Numbered from the stretch's first letter, positions 10,032 to 19,974 are shown. The stretch is DNA of 64,000 bases from an uncultured Actinomycetes bacterium (GCA_946803585.1 CAMPEQ010000008.1:141786-205785), one strand, 5' to 3'. A program made the numbers and translations. The notes: generated by a model from the letters alone, not told the origin.

Positions 10032-10901
10032 CTACGAGAGCAGCAGGAAGAGCGCGCCGGGAATGTTGTTACACATATGCGCCACGATCGACGTAGTTGT
10101 ACTTCCGGTGTGCCATCTAGCCAGCCCTAGGACTATTCCGATCCCGAACAGCAGCGCAAACCGGACAGGTTCAAAGTGGAACCCCGCGAAGACCAGCGCG
10201 GAGAAGAACACCGTGAGAATCGGCCACATATTGAACTTGGCCAAGCTATTGAATATCAGACCTCGGAAAGCGATCTCCTCGACGATCGGTGCACCAATGC
10301 CAAGCAGAATCGCGAAGATGATGAGCACTGCGGGGTTGGATTTCAGCTCCTCCCCGACATCACCAGCTGCTGAGCTGAACTCTCCAGCGATCTGGGTCGT
10401 GATGATCCCGATGATGATCGCCACAAACAGCGCAAGCGCTCCGTAGACCAAGCCCCACCCAATATCGCTCCACTTGAAGCGCAATCCCAGATCAATCCGC
10501 GGACCGTTGCCAATCAGCATGGTCAAGGCGATCGGAAAACCCGCCAATGCCAACCACGGAATGACCTGCGCGACGATGATCAGCCAGCTATCGGACTCCG
10601 GGACTCCGACGATACCAACGGTGAGGACCGCTAACACCAGCCACAAGAAGATCATCAGCAGGGCGTCGCCAAACCACCAGTTGAATCCGCGTAGCGGACG
10701 CTTGGTCCAGGTTCCTGCTTGTTCGGAAGCTACCGCCTCGCGCAGGGTGATGGGCGCCGCCGGATACAACAAGTCGGAGACGACCTCCGGCGCACTCTGG
10801 ACCGGTGGCATAGGTGGGTATTGCGGCATTGCAGGAGGCGGTGCCATGCCGAAGTTCTCCCGATCGTCCGGGTTCGGCGGCACACCCCCCTCATTCGACA
10901 C
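10032..10901 (-). CDS. CPBP-family intramembrane glutamic endopeptidase (CAAX protease-like)
   Basis: 289 aa. Pro-rich N-terminus, multiple TM segments, EEIAFRGLIF, FAGFHFE and HMCNN motifs. Confidence 0.85.
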   Translation of the reverse strand: MSNEGGVPPNPDDRENFGMAPPPAMPQYPPMPPVQSAPEVVSDLLYPAAPITLREAVASEQAGTWTKRPLRGFNWWFGDALLMIFLWLVLAVLTVGIVGVPESDSWLIIVAQVIPWLALAGFPIALTMLIGNGPRIDLGLRFKWSDIGWGLVYGALALFVAIIIGIITTQIAGEFSSAAGDVGEELKSNPAVLIIFAILLGIGAPIVEEIAFRGLIFNSLAKFNMWPILTVFFSALVFAGFHFEPVRFALLFGIGIVLGLARWHTGSTTTSIVAHMCNNIPGALFLLLS

Positions 10902-10904
10902 GGT

Positions 10905-12350
10905 CTAGTACCGGTACAGCTCAGGCTTGTAGGGACCCTCGACCGGGACGCCAAGGTACTCGGCCTGCACCTTAGTGAGTTCCGTCAAGTTGACGCCTAG
11001 TGCATCGAGATGGAGGCGAGCCACCTTCTCGTCGAGGTGCTTGGGCAGGGTGTACACCCCAAGCGGGTATTCAGCAGGCTTGGTGAACAGCTCGATCTGC
11101 GCTAGTACTTGGTTAGTAAACGAGTTCGACATGACGAACGACGGATGTCCGGTGGCATTCCCGAGGTTCAGCAGGCGCCCTTCCGACAGCACGATGATCG
11201 AGTGGCCGTCGGAGAACGTGAACTCGTCCACCTGCGGTTTGATGTTGTTTCGAACCACGCCCGGCTCGTCGTAGAGCCCAGCCATGTCGATCTCGTTGTC
11301 GAAGTGGCCGATGTTTCCGACAATCGCTTGGTGCTTCATATCGCGCATATGGGACACGTTGATGACGTCGTAGCAGCCGGTCGTAGTGACGAAGATGTCA
11401 GCGGTTCCTACTACATCTTCCAGGGTCGTAACCTGGTAGCCGTCCATTGCTGCTTGTAGGGCGCAGATTGGATCGACCTCAGTGATGATGACGCGCGCGC
11501 CTTGACCGCGAAGCGACTCAGCCGATCCCTTGCCGACGTCGCCATAGCCGCACACGACGGCGACCTTCCCACCGATCAGTGTGTCCGTCGCCCGGTTAAT
11601 CCCGTCGATCAGGGAGTGGCGGCAGCCGTACTTGTTATCGAACTTGCTCTTGGTGACCGAATCGTTGACGTTGATCGCCGGGAACACCAGCTTCCCGTCG
11701 CGCATCATCTCGTACAGACGGTGAACGCCAGTGGTGGTCTCCTCAGTTACTCCGATGATTCCGTCGGCAATTTTGGTCCAGCGCTGGGGATCCTCGGTCA
11801 AAGTCCTGGTGAGTACCGACAGCACGACGGCAAACTCCTCTGACTCGGCGGTTGAGGGGTCCGGGACGGCACCTTCAGCCTCGTACTCCTTGCCCTTGTG
11901 CACCAGCAACGTGGCGTCGCCACCGTCGTCGAGGATCATGTTCGGCCCGGTGTTGCCCTGAGCATCGGCTGGCCATACGAGGACCTGCTCAGTACACCAC
12001 CAGTACTCCTCTAGCGACTCGCCCTTCCAGGCGAAGACCGGAATACCTTGCGGATCCTCTGGCGTGCCGTTTGGGCCCACGGCAACTGCCGCTGCCGCGT
12101 GGTCCTGGGTCGAGAAGATGTTGCACGATGCCCAACGAACCTCCGCACCGAGCACGGTCAGGGTTTCAATGAGGACCGCAGTCTGAACCGTCATGTGAAG
12201 CGAGCCGGTGATCCGGGCTCCGGTTAGCGGCTTGGACTCACCGAACTCTTCACGCATGGCCATGAGTCCTGGCATCTCATGTTCGGCCAGTTTGATCTCC
12301 TTGCGACCAAAGTCAGCAAGGGAGAGATCGGCAACTTTGTAGTCAGTCAT
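10905..12350 (-). CDS. ahcY: Adenosylhomocysteinase
   Basis: The ORF track gives a 546-aa ORF. I place the start at the internal ATG at 12350 ([30 protein letters not shown], the typical AhcY N-terminus). The upstream extension overlaps the CDF gene and reads as junk. NAD-binding [10 protein letters not shown] is present. This start overlaps the CDF stop (ATGACTGA). Confidence 0.93.
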   Translation of the reverse strand: MTDYKVADLSLADFGRKEIKLAEHEMPGLMAMREEFGESKPLTGARITGSLHMTVQTAVLIETLTVLGAEVRWASCNIFSTQDHAAAAVAVGPNGTPEDPQGIPVFAWKGESLEEYWWCTEQVLVWPADAQGNTGPNMILDDGGDATLLVHKGKEYEAEGAVPDPSTAESEEFAVVLSVLTRTLTEDPQRWTKIADGIIGVTEETTTGVHRLYEMMRDGKLVFPAINVNDSVTKSKFDNKYGCRHSLIDGINRATDTLIGGKVAVVCGYGDVGKGSAESLRGQGARVIITEVDPICALQAAMDGYQVTTLEDVVGTADIFVTTTGCYDVINVSHMRDMKHQAIVGNIGHFDNEIDMAGLYDEPGVVRNNIKPQVDEFTFSDGHSIIVLSEGRLLNLGNATGHPSFVMSNSFTNQVLAQIELFTKPAEYPLGVYTLPKHLDEKVARLHLDALGVNLTELTKVQAEYLGVPVEGPYKPELYRY

Positions 12351-13305
12351 TCGGTACATCCTCATTGGGTTGAGTCGGCGGTTCGGGAGTCGGAAGTAAT
12401 CGGTCGAGGTCAGGCTCAAGGTAAATGTACGTGGCGGTAGGCACTTCGTCACGTACCCGCCGCTCCGCCGCGTCAATCGCGCGGGCAATAAGGGCTGCTG
12501 AGTCGGTTCGATCAACAGCGATCTTGGCGGCAACCAACAGATCATCTGGACCCATGTGGAAGGTCTTGAGATGAATCACGCGGTCAACGTCGGGAGTGCC
12601 TTCTAGTGCCTTACGGATGCGCTCCTGGTCTTCTGAGATCGCGGACTCCCCCACCAACATCGATGACATCTCGGTAGCCAGAAATGCGGCGATTACCAGC
12701 AGGAGTAGACCAATCATGGTCGACCCGATTCCATCCCACACACCGTTGCCAGTGACGACTGAAGCACCGACCCCGATCAACGCGAACGTGAGCCCGATCA
12801 GGGCCCCGAAGTCCTCGAGGAGCACGACCGGCAGCTCGGGTTGACGGGCGTCCTTGACAAATCGAGCCAGCGAACGCCTCCCCTTGGACTTATTTGCCTC
12901 CCGCATTGCTGTTCGGAATGAGAGCCCTTCCAACGCCATCGCAATTAGCAAGACACCGATCGCAATCGCTGGATCAGTGAGTTCGTCGGGGTGTTGGATC
13001 TTGTGAATTCCCTCATAAACTGCGAAGAGCCCACCAACGGTGAACAGCACGATAGAAACAACAAAACCGTAGACGAATCTGACCCGCCCGAACCCGAACT
13101 GGTGTTCAGAATCAGCAGCACGCTTAGACCGGTGTCCCCCGAGTAACAACAGGAGTTGGTTGCCCGAATCTGCAACGGAGTGGATGGCCTCCGAGAGCAT
13201 CGAAGATGAGCCAGTGAGGAAGAAGGCGACGAACTTCGAGATCGCAATCCCGATATTCGACAGCAGTGCGGCGATGACCGCCTTGGTGCCACCTTCAGTA
13301 CTCAC
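12343..13305 (-). CDS. Cation diffusion facilitator family transporter
   Basis: 320 aa. TM-rich N-terminal half with an HSVAD (HxxxD) metal site and a cytoplasmic C-terminal domain. Confidence 0.88.
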   Translation of the reverse strand: MSTEGGTKAVIAALLSNIGIAISKFVAFFLTGSSSMLSEAIHSVADSGNQLLLLLGGHRSKRAADSEHQFGFGRVRFVYGFVVSIVLFTVGGLFAVYEGIHKIQHPDELTDPAIAIGVLLIAMALEGLSFRTAMREANKSKGRRSLARFVKDARQPELPVVLLEDFGALIGLTFALIGVGASVVTGNGVWDGIGSTMIGLLLLVIAAFLATEMSSMLVGESAISEDQERIRKALEGTPDVDRVIHLKTFHMGPDDLLVAAKIAVDRTDSAALIARAIDAAERRVRDEVPTATYIYLEPDLDRLLPTPEPPTQPNEDVPND

Positions 13306-13325
13306 CGGGCGAGTGTAGCCAGTTC

Positions 13326-14435
13326 TCAGGTGGCTCGAGCGATCGCCGCGAGTCCGTCCGTAGAGGCGGTAACCTCAGCTTCCTCGCTCAGCACTGCGGC
13401 GGCTTCACCTTGGCGCAGAACGAGCCGAGCGCCAGCACATTCAATATCGACGGTGCCAGCAACCGCGAGGACTAGTCGGTAGGCGCCGGTCGGCGACGAG
13501 TGTGTTCCGCCGGTGATCGTCTCGACCGCAAAGGGCGCACCGTCGGGAGCGAAGTGCCGGATCACACCGCCGTCAGTACTCGGGCGTGGATCACCAGACA
13601 TCGGCTCTGGATTTAGCCGAGTATCGAGGGCTTCTAGGGCCTCATCGATCGCGATCGTCTTCGGAGTGAGTCCGAGGCGTAGCACGTTGTCGCTGGCCGT
13701 CATCACCTCGACGCCAACTCCGCTTACGTAAGCGTGGACAACCCCGGCAGGCACGTAGACAGCCTGGCCGATCTCCAGCACTTGGTGGTCTAGCAGCGCA
13801 GCAACCAGAACTCCCGCGTCACCTGGGTAATCCTTGGCCACCTGGGTCAGGGCGGCGACTCCGGCCTCATCGACCCCGGCCGCCGCAGCAGCGCCCGGAA
13901 CTGCCGGAGTCAGGAACCGAAGCTCTGAGTCGTCGATAGCTAGCAGGTGGCGGATCGCAGTCTTGATCTCACCACTAGCGATGTGCCCGGCGGCCGACTG
14001 CGCGGATCCACCAACAATGCGAAGAATGGTTGCGGCAAGTTTGGGATCCCGCAGCCCCTGCAGGACCGAGAAGGGTCGCACTGCGATCAACATCTCGGTC
14101 TTTGCCATCGAATCCGCTAGCAACTTCGGAAGCGACGCATCGTTTTCTTGAGCCGCGAACTGACGCTGGGCTTGCGCAGTCGGCGGATGGATCTGTATCG
14201 ACAGTGGGCGGGCGGCGGCCAGTAGTTTGACCAGAAGCGGAACGTCCCCGGGATCCACGCCCTCGCGCAGGGTTCCCGCCCCATCGATCAGGGCGGACGG
14301 GCCATTCACATGTGCCCCAAACCACAACTCAGCTTGCGCTGCGTCGGTCGCAGCACCACCATCACTGCGCCACGCTTCCAACCCGCCAGGAATCCCCCAT
14401 GCGTAGTTCTGCAGAAAGCCAGCAATACGGAACAC
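13326..14435 (-). CDS. manA: Mannose-6-phosphate isomerase, class I
   Basis: YAWG near the N-terminus, LSIQIHP zinc-site motif, and later VYVPAGVVHAY. I prefer the GTG at 14435 (RBS GAGAGGA 5 nt upstream, no overlap). The alternative ATG at 14483 overlaps the upstream gene by 26 nt and has no RBS. Confidence 0.88.
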   Translation of the reverse strand: MFRIAGFLQNYAWGIPGGLEAWRSDGGAATDAAQAELWFGAHVNGPSALIDGAGTLREGVDPGDVPLLVKLLAAARPLSIQIHPPTAQAQRQFAAQENDASLPKLLADSMAKTEMLIAVRPFSVLQGLRDPKLAATILRIVGGSAQSAAGHIASGEIKTAIRHLLAIDDSELRFLTPAVPGAAAAAGVDEAGVAALTQVAKDYPGDAGVLVAALLDHQVLEIGQAVYVPAGVVHAYVSGVGVEVMTASDNVLRLGLTPKTIAIDEALEALDTRLNPEPMSGDPRPSTDGGVIRHFAPDGAPFAVETITGGTHSSPTGAYRLVLAVAGTVDIECAGARLVLRQGEAAAVLSEEAEVTASTDGLAAIARAT

Positions 14436-14457
14436 GAGGATCCTCTCGGTAGAACGA

Positions 14458-15600
14458 CTAGCGGACTCGACCGTCGAGCTCATTGGCCGTTGACATGGGA
14501 TCGATCCCTAGTGCCAGTCCGGCGTAGACGCTCGCAAAGTCCGTTACTCCGATCAACATAGCGATTCGAGTGAGTGAATGGCCTGCCTCAGCGCTAATCA
14601 CGTTCACCGGAACACCTCGATCAGCTGCAACCTCCGTCGCGGCCGTAGCCAGCGCAGCAGTTTCTGGATGCTCGTCATGATCACGTAACAAGACGAGGCG
14701 GAGTTTAGCGGCCGGCTCAGGTTCGTCAATCCGGTCACGGAAGATGTCATCGACACTTCCTTGACCTGCGCGAGGTCCCGCCAGCAAGACAGATTGGGTT
14801 CGCGCGGCCTCCGGAAGGGTTCCAACGACCGACGGCAGCCCCGCGTTCTCCGCGAGTTGGCGGGCGAAGCGCCGCACCGCCACCGACCCGACATCTCCGG
14901 TTCCCCACAAAATCGGCAACGACAACCCCACGTCGACAGCGAGGCGCTTTGCGTCATTGACGATGGGGTCACTAAATGGTGCAGCCAACTCGGCGACGCC
15001 ATCCAAGTAGGTAGCTGTCGTGGAAATCGCTTCCTGGGCATCCTCGACGATTCCGAGCGCCCCTGCGATCAGTATCAGCGGCGTTGAAAGACTCCACAGC
15101 ATTGTGCGAGCCCGCCACTTCCCAACTACCGGAGGAAGCCCCACTGCAAACTGGACTGCGCCGCGAGTCTGCTCAGCAACCTGAGATAGCTCGGTTCCGG
15201 TGGGGCAAATCGCAACGAGGCGACAGCCTCGACGGGCTGCCTCGGCTGCCACCGACACGGTCTCGTTTGTCGATCCCGATCCGGAGACGGCAATCACCAA
15301 ATCTGTGGGGCCAACCCACCCCGGCAGCGACGGGCCACCAAACGTCACGACTGGCACAGGCGAACCGGTCCCGGCGACGGCAGACAGAATATCTCCGGCT
15401 GCACGGGATCCCCCACCTCCGACAACGACGACAGCGTGCGGACGCCCGTCGGAGATGATTCGGTGCAGCGACGCCTCGTCTACGTTGGCCGCGGCGGCGC
15501 GCATACTTGCACCCGCACTGGCAGTCATAACGAGCAGGTCGCGGGTGTCAGCCTCGATTAGCGCAGTGGCATCGTCGAGGAGACCGTCATCAAGCTCCAT
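14458..15600 (-). CDS. SIS-domain phosphosugar isomerase-like protein (Rv3256c-like)
   Basis: 380 aa, Ala/Gly-rich with two SIS-like halves (VVVVGGGGSRAAGD, VIAVSGSGSTNET). Conserved position between manB and manA. Confidence 0.7.
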   Translation of the reverse strand: MELDDGLLDDATALIEADTRDLLVMTASAGASMRAAAANVDEASLHRIISDGRPHAVVVVGGGGSRAAGDILSAVAGTGSPVPVVTFGGPSLPGWVGPTDLVIAVSGSGSTNETVSVAAEAARRGCRLVAICPTGTELSQVAEQTRGAVQFAVGLPPVVGKWRARTMLWSLSTPLILIAGALGIVEDAQEAISTTATYLDGVAELAAPFSDPIVNDAKRLAVDVGLSLPILWGTGDVGSVAVRRFARQLAENAGLPSVVGTLPEAARTQSVLLAGPRAGQGSVDDIFRDRIDEPEPAAKLRLVLLRDHDEHPETAALATAATEVAADRGVPVNVISAEAGHSLTRIAMLIGVTDFASVYAGLALGIDPMSTANELDGRVR

Positions 15601-15772
15601 TTGCGGCTGGCTGCTGTGCCTCGTCGAGCAGCATCACTGGAATGCCATCTCGAATCGGGAACCTGAGCCCACATTCGGTGCAAACCAACACGTCGCCCTC
15701 TTGGACGACGGGGGCATGGTGCGGAGCCGGACAAGCAAGAATGTCAAGGAGTTTCGGATCGATTGAAGCCAT
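15590..15772 (-). CDS. Trm112-family small zinc-ribbon protein
   Basis: 60 aa. LLDILACP ... LVCTECGLRFPIRDGIPVMLLDEA matches the Trm112/UPF0434 pattern. Confidence 0.8.
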   Translation of the reverse strand: MASIDPKLLDILACPAPHHAPVVQEGDVLVCTECGLRFPIRDGIPVMLLDEAQQPAANGA

Positions 15773-15781
15773 GGCCCAAGC

Positions 15782-17158
15782 CTACGCGGTTCGAAAGACC
15801 GAGAGAACCTGGTCACGGATCTGAGCCATCTGCTCGGGGTTGGCCGCTTCCACATTCAGGCGAAGAAGTGGCTCGGTATTGGACGGCCGGAGATTGAACC
15901 ACCAACCATCGCCACTGATCGTCATCCCATCGAGGGTGTCAACTGTGATGCCATCTTGGTTCTCAAACACCTCGCGAACGGCCGCGATCGAGGCGTGCGC
16001 ATCAGCGACCTCGGTGTTGATCTCTCCACTGAGAGCGTAGCGAGAGAATTCATCCAGTAAGTCGGAGAGCTGACTACCTGGTGGGGTATTCCCAAGGAAG
16101 CTCAAGACGTGCAATGCCGCCAGCATCCCGGAATCGGCTCGCCAGAAGTCTCTGAAATAGAAGTGCCCTGAGTGCTCGCCACCAAACACTGCGTTGGTCT
16201 CCGCCATCGTCGCCTTGATGAAGGAATGGCCGACACGGGTGCGCACAGGGGTTCCACCGTGTTCGGTGATGACCTCCGGGACAGCGCGACTGGTGATGAG
16301 GTTATGGATGACTGCAGAACCGGGTGCCTTGGCGAGTTCTAACGACGCGATCAATGCTGTAAGGGTCGACGGATCAACGATCTCGCCTCGCTCGTCGATG
16401 ACGAAACACCGATCCGCATCGCCGTCAAAAGCCAGTCCGAGATCCGCCCCATGCTCAAGGACGCCACGTTGGGTATCCACCAGATTCGCCGGATCGATCG
16501 GATTTGCCTCGTGATTCGGGAAGTTCCCATCCAACTCGAAAAACAGCGGAAAGACCTCTAGCGGTAGCCCGTCGAATACCGCCGGGGCAGTGAATCCCGC
16601 CATACCGTTGCCTGCATCCACCACAACCTTCAGTGGACGGATCCCGTCTAGCGGAACCAACTCCCGCAAGTAGGCCGCGTAAGCCCCGAGCATGTCCTCG
16701 TCGCGTGCGTGACCCCTGGGGCCATCGAATGCCGGGACCCCAGCAATCACCATCTCTTTCATGGCGACAAGTCCGGTGTCCTGACTTACAGGGGAGGCAC
16801 CCGCTCGACATAGCTTGATCCCGTTGTACTGCGCAGGGTTGTGACTGGCAGTGAACATCGCGCCGGGTAGTTGTGTTGAACCGGAGGCGAAGTAAATACC
16901 GTCTGTCGAGCACAGCCCGATCTTGATGACATCGCAGCCTTGATCCAGCACGCCGTTGGCAAAAGCCGCCACGAGGTCTGGGCCGGAAGGCCGCATGTCA
17001 TGACCGATAACGATCGCACCCGGACCCCCGTCGCGAGCTGCCGCGCCGATGACACGAACAAAGGCACCACCCACGGCATAGGCAAGATCTTCATCGATCT
17101 GATCGGGATAGATCCCACGAACGTCGTAGGCCTTGATGACATCGTCGAGGTTTCGCAT
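15782..17158 (-). CDS. manB: Phosphomannomutase/phosphoglucomutase
   Basis: 458 aa. Active-site loop TASHNPAQYNGIK, metal loop FDGDADR, sugar-binding GGEHSGH. Confidence 0.93.
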   Translation of the reverse strand: MRNLDDVIKAYDVRGIYPDQIDEDLAYAVGGAFVRVIGAAARDGGPGAIVIGHDMRPSGPDLVAAFANGVLDQGCDVIKIGLCSTDGIYFASGSTQLPGAMFTASHNPAQYNGIKLCRAGASPVSQDTGLVAMKEMVIAGVPAFDGPRGHARDEDMLGAYAAYLRELVPLDGIRPLKVVVDAGNGMAGFTAPAVFDGLPLEVFPLFFELDGNFPNHEANPIDPANLVDTQRGVLEHGADLGLAFDGDADRCFVIDERGEIVDPSTLTALIASLELAKAPGSAVIHNLITSRAVPEVITEHGGTPVRTRVGHSFIKATMAETNAVFGGEHSGHFYFRDFWRADSGMLAALHVLSFLGNTPPGSQLSDLLDEFSRYALSGEINTEVADAHASIAAVREVFENQDGITVDTLDGMTISGDGWWFNLRPSNTEPLLRLNVEAANPEQMAQIRDQVLSVFRTA

Positions 17159-17205
17159 TTGCTTACCTTATGGCAGCAACCGACGACTTCCGTGGCGCGA
17201 CAGTC

Positions 17206-17616
17206 CTAGTCGACGCTTTTCAACACCCGAAGGTGACCCTTGCGGGAAACCTCGATCGTGCTCGAATTGGTCTGCTCAGGTGGGAGAACGACAACTTCAT
17301 CCCGAGGGCGAGCTGCCTCACGTACCGCGTTTGCTAGCGCCTCGATGTCGTCACTTGAGGGCTTCAGCGAATCGGGGTCAGGCTCGAGTCGGACGATCTC
17401 CCAGCCTTGCGGCGCGGTCAGCCGTTCGCCATGCTTTTGGCAAAGGTCATAACAGTGCGGTTCGGCGTAGGTAGCCAATGGCCCGACGACTGCGGTGCAG
17501 TCGGAGTAGACGTACGTCAACGTCGCGACGGCCTGGCCGGTGCACGACGGCTTTGAACATACCCGCTGACGACTCACCTGCGCACCGTACTGCGCTTCAT
17601 GACCCAGAACCGGCAT
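17206..17616 (-). CDS. DUF3499-domain protein (Rv3258c-like)
   Basis: 136 aa. CSKPSCTGQAVATLTYVY...CYDLCQKH pattern that I remember for DUF3499. Conserved neighbour of manB and whiB2. Confidence 0.75.
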   Translation of the reverse strand: MPVLGHEAQYGAQVSRQRVCSKPSCTGQAVATLTYVYSDCTAVVGPLATYAEPHCYDLCQKHGERLTAPQGWEIVRLEPDPDSLKPSSDDIEALANAVREAARPRDEVVVLPPEQTNSSTIEVSRKGHLRVLKSVD

Positions 17617-17680
17617 TGGGATCGAATTTCACCCATTCGTTTTTCCGAGCCGACCGCGACGGGCCGCCGAGCACACGGAC

Positions 17681-18139
17681 TCACGCTTGCCCATAGTCGG
17701 GATCAACTTGGGCCGGAGCCAGTCCGTATAGCGCTGCGACCAACTCGGTGACCGTATCGTTCACGAGATCATCTCGGGTCGAACCAGGAACAGTACGGAT
17801 CTCGATCGGTCGGCGGTGCACGATTAGTTGTGCCGGTCGCGATCCAATCGGTTCGGTAACTCGGCCTAGCGGGATCGGGTCGGGCGAGCCATCCCGCAGC
17901 TCAGCGGGCGGAACATCCTCGATTAGCACCTCGACTTCATCGAGCTCGGGAAAGGCTCGCTCGATACGCTCGATTGCCGAAATGACGGTCTCGTCGAACC
18001 GCTGGGAACGACTTGCCGAGATCGGCATCGTTGCCGGAGCGATGGTCCCCCGAAGGCCTGACCCATGCCGGTCACGACGGCGGCGCGTCGGGCGCGGTGC
18101 CGCACCGCTGTAGCCGTATCGTCCTGCCATAGATTCCAC
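17681..18139 (-). CDS. Metallopeptidase-family (DUF1025/Rv3259-like) protein
   Basis: 152 aa. Arg-rich N-terminus, RFDETVISAIERIERAFPELDEVEVLIEDVPP core resembling the Rv3259 family. No HExxH visible. Confidence 0.6.
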   Translation of the reverse strand: MESMAGRYGYSGAAPRPTRRRRDRHGSGLRGTIAPATMPISASRSQRFDETVISAIERIERAFPELDEVEVLIEDVPPAELRDGSPDPIPLGRVTEPIGSRPAQLIVHRRPIEIRTVPGSTRDDLVNDTVTELVAALYGLAPAQVDPDYGQA

Positions 18140-18282
18140 CTAGTCATTCTTTGATTCCAAGCGGTGAGCGACGTGCAGCACCGCGGTCGAACCTCACGAC
18201 TCCCGCTACCGACACGTGTATGCGTCCTGTGTGGCTTCGGCCCCTTGTCTGGCGACGAAACTACCAAGGAGGTCGGTAATCC

Positions 18283-19197
18283 GTGCTCACGAGACCGGTT
18301 TTTGTGGGAGGGAACTCTCGCAGCGGGACGACGGTAATAGGACGCGGGTTACTCAACCGTCACCCAGAGATTGCCTGCACGATTCCGGCCGAGTCCTGGT
18401 TCCTCACCGACACCGGTGGCCTCTGCGATATGGCAACTGCGGGCGCACCATTGCGTCGGCGTGCGCGCGTCTGGGGAAATGCAACTCTGCGGCACGGGAA
18501 GAAAGATCCGATCACCTACTTCGAATCGCGAATGCACGGCCTGTGGTGGTCACGGGAATGGTGGCAACCTGGCGTTCAGCGGGGTCTACATCAGTCCGTT
18601 ACCGAGGGGCAGTTAGCCGAAGCACTAGCGACATTTCGGGTCACTCGCGCTCACAATCCGAATAGTGCGGCTCGCCAACTAGCGGCGGACCTTATTGATC
18701 CTTCGACCCTGGACCGAGGGAAGGCCCGTTGGGTCGACACCACCCCGAGGAACGTTCGTCGCGCGCAAGGCCTACATCGTGTATTCCCTGATATGAAGCT
18801 GATCAATATGGTGCGGGATGGGCGTGACGTTGCCGCTTCCCTCGTCGCTCGAGCGTGGGGGCCTGACGACTACGACGTCGCCCTACGGCAATGGTTCCGT
18901 GGGATGAAGGAGGGCCACAAGGGTCTGCGCTCACTTCCCCCCGGCACGGCAATCACCATCGACCTTAGTCAGCTAGTTGTCCACGACCGCGACGCGCAGT
19001 ATCAGCGAATACTTGATCACCTTGCGATCGATGATGCACCCAGGATGCGGAAGTTCTTCAACAATCAAATGACGGCGGGCAACGCCAACTTGGGCCGCTG
19101 GAGTAGTGAACTCAGTTCACGCCAGGCCGCCAAGGTCAACGACACCTACGCGCAGATGCTCGCGTCACTGGAAAAAGACAACATTCAGACGCCCTAG
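18283..19197 (+). CDS. Sulfotransferase family protein
   Basis: 304 aa. GTG start with AAGGAGG 9 nt upstream. 5'-PSB-like loop GGNSRSGTTVIG and 3'-PB-like MVRDGRDVAASL. Confidence 0.8.
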   Translation: MLTRPVFVGGNSRSGTTVIGRGLLNRHPEIACTIPAESWFLTDTGGLCDMATAGAPLRRRARVWGNATLRHGKKDPITYFESRMHGLWWSREWWQPGVQRGLHQSVTEGQLAEALATFRVTRAHNPNSAARQLAADLIDPSTLDRGKARWVDTTPRNVRRAQGLHRVFPDMKLINMVRDGRDVAASLVARAWGPDDYDVALRQWFRGMKEGHKGLRSLPPGTAITIDLSQLVVHDRDAQYQRILDHLAIDDAPRMRKFFNNQMTAGNANLGRWSSELSSRQAAKVNDTYAQMLASLEKDNIQTP

Positions 19198-19215
19198 CGC
19201 ACGGATCAGGTAGCG

Positions 19216-19274
19216 CCTGCAGAGCACGAAGACCTGCAGGCGACCTGCGCGAACGCAAGACGACCTGCAGGTCT
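19216..19274. repeat. Cluster of CCTGCAG (PstI-core) repeats
   Basis: CCTGCAG at 19216, 19233 and 19264, plus a degenerate CCTGCGC at 19244. GACCTGCAGGTC at 19262-19273 is a perfect 12-bp palindrome. Confidence 0.7.
19230..19274. terminator. Candidate bidirectional terminator hairpin between the convergent sulfotransferase and whiB
   Basis: Perfect 11-bp inverted repeat AGACCTGCAGG (19230-19240) / CCTGCAGGTCT (19264-19274) with a 23-nt loop. No U-tract. Confidence 0.4.
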
Positions 19275-19300
19275 CGTGGATCTATGTCTAGGTAGGGAAA

Positions 19301-19340
19301 GAGTCTCAGGTCCGCAGGAGGGGGAAGGGCCCTGAAACTC
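19301..19340 (-). terminator. Candidate hairpin just downstream of whiB
   Basis: GAGTCTCAGG (19301-19310) pairs with CCTGAAACTC (19331-19340) at 9 of 10 positions. It lies 20 nt after the whiB stop. Confidence 0.3.
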
Positions 19341-19359
19341 AGTTACCGGGAGGGTTCGA

Positions 19360-19695
19360 CTAGGCGGTGAGCTTCTTCAGGCGGCGACGCTCTCGCTCAG
19401 ATAGACCGCCCCAGATTCCGAAGCGCTCATCATTCTCAAGTGCGTAGTCAAGACACTCGACACGGACTTCGCATCCCATACAGACCTTCTTGGCCTCGCG
19501 TGTGGAGCCGCCCTTCTCTGGGAAGAACGCCTCAGGATCGGTCTCGGCGCACAGCGCCTTCTCTTGCCAACCGAGCTCTTCGGCGTCTTCGAGTGGAATA
19601 CGATCAAAATCTTCGGTTGGGGCGGCCTGTTGCGGCACCCCTGCTGTTGGGCCAGTTGGGTCAGCTGAGTAACCCATGTAATCGGTGTAGTCCAT
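19360..19695 (-). CDS. whiB: WhiB-family transcriptional regulator (WhiB2/WhmD-like)
   Basis: Fe-S Cys pattern ALCAETDPEAFFP...KKVCMGCEVRVEC, then GIWGG and a basic tail. I chose the internal ATG at 19695 (MDYTDYMGY...), which is preceded by GGAGGGATACCGGAGAT. The track ORF extends to 19803. Confidence 0.9.
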   Translation of the reverse strand: MDYTDYMGYSADPTGPTAGVPQQAAPTEDFDRIPLEDAEELGWQEKALCAETDPEAFFPEKGGSTREAKKVCMGCEVRVECLDYALENDERFGIWGGLSERERRRLKKLTA

Positions 19696-19974
19696 ATCTC
19701 CGGTATCCCTCCTAGATTGCCTTGGAGTTGCCGCCCGAGTCCACTTCCCCGCGGTTCGAATGACAACAGTGGAATTACACCGTTGGGAGGTGGGTCTCGT
19801 CAAGCGGAATGCAACATCTGGTGACGTTTAGGCCGTTGGACCACTAGAGATAGTCCGAACGGTTGAGTGGACAGCCAGAATTACACAGGGTTATCCCCTG
19901 GTTATTCACAATTTCTGCCTCGTCTGGCCCCTCTCGGTCCGGAAACCACCGGAACCGCGCCCATCCAACCTGGT

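Noticed and set aside
12343-12420. SAH riboswitch upstream of ahcY.
   Set aside because: The ahcY start overlaps the stop of the preceding CDF gene, so there is no leader to hold a riboswitch.
10905-12545. 546-aa version of the adenosylhomocysteinase ORF.
   Set aside because: The first 65 residues ([17 protein letters not shown]...) have no protein-like character and overlap the CDF transporter gene. The canonical AhcY N-terminus begins at the ATG at 12350.
17681-18139. Possible pseudogenisation of the metallopeptidase-family protein (no HExxH).
   Set aside because: The M. tuberculosis Rv3259 homologue, as I remember it, also lacks HExxH. The ORF is intact and of normal length.
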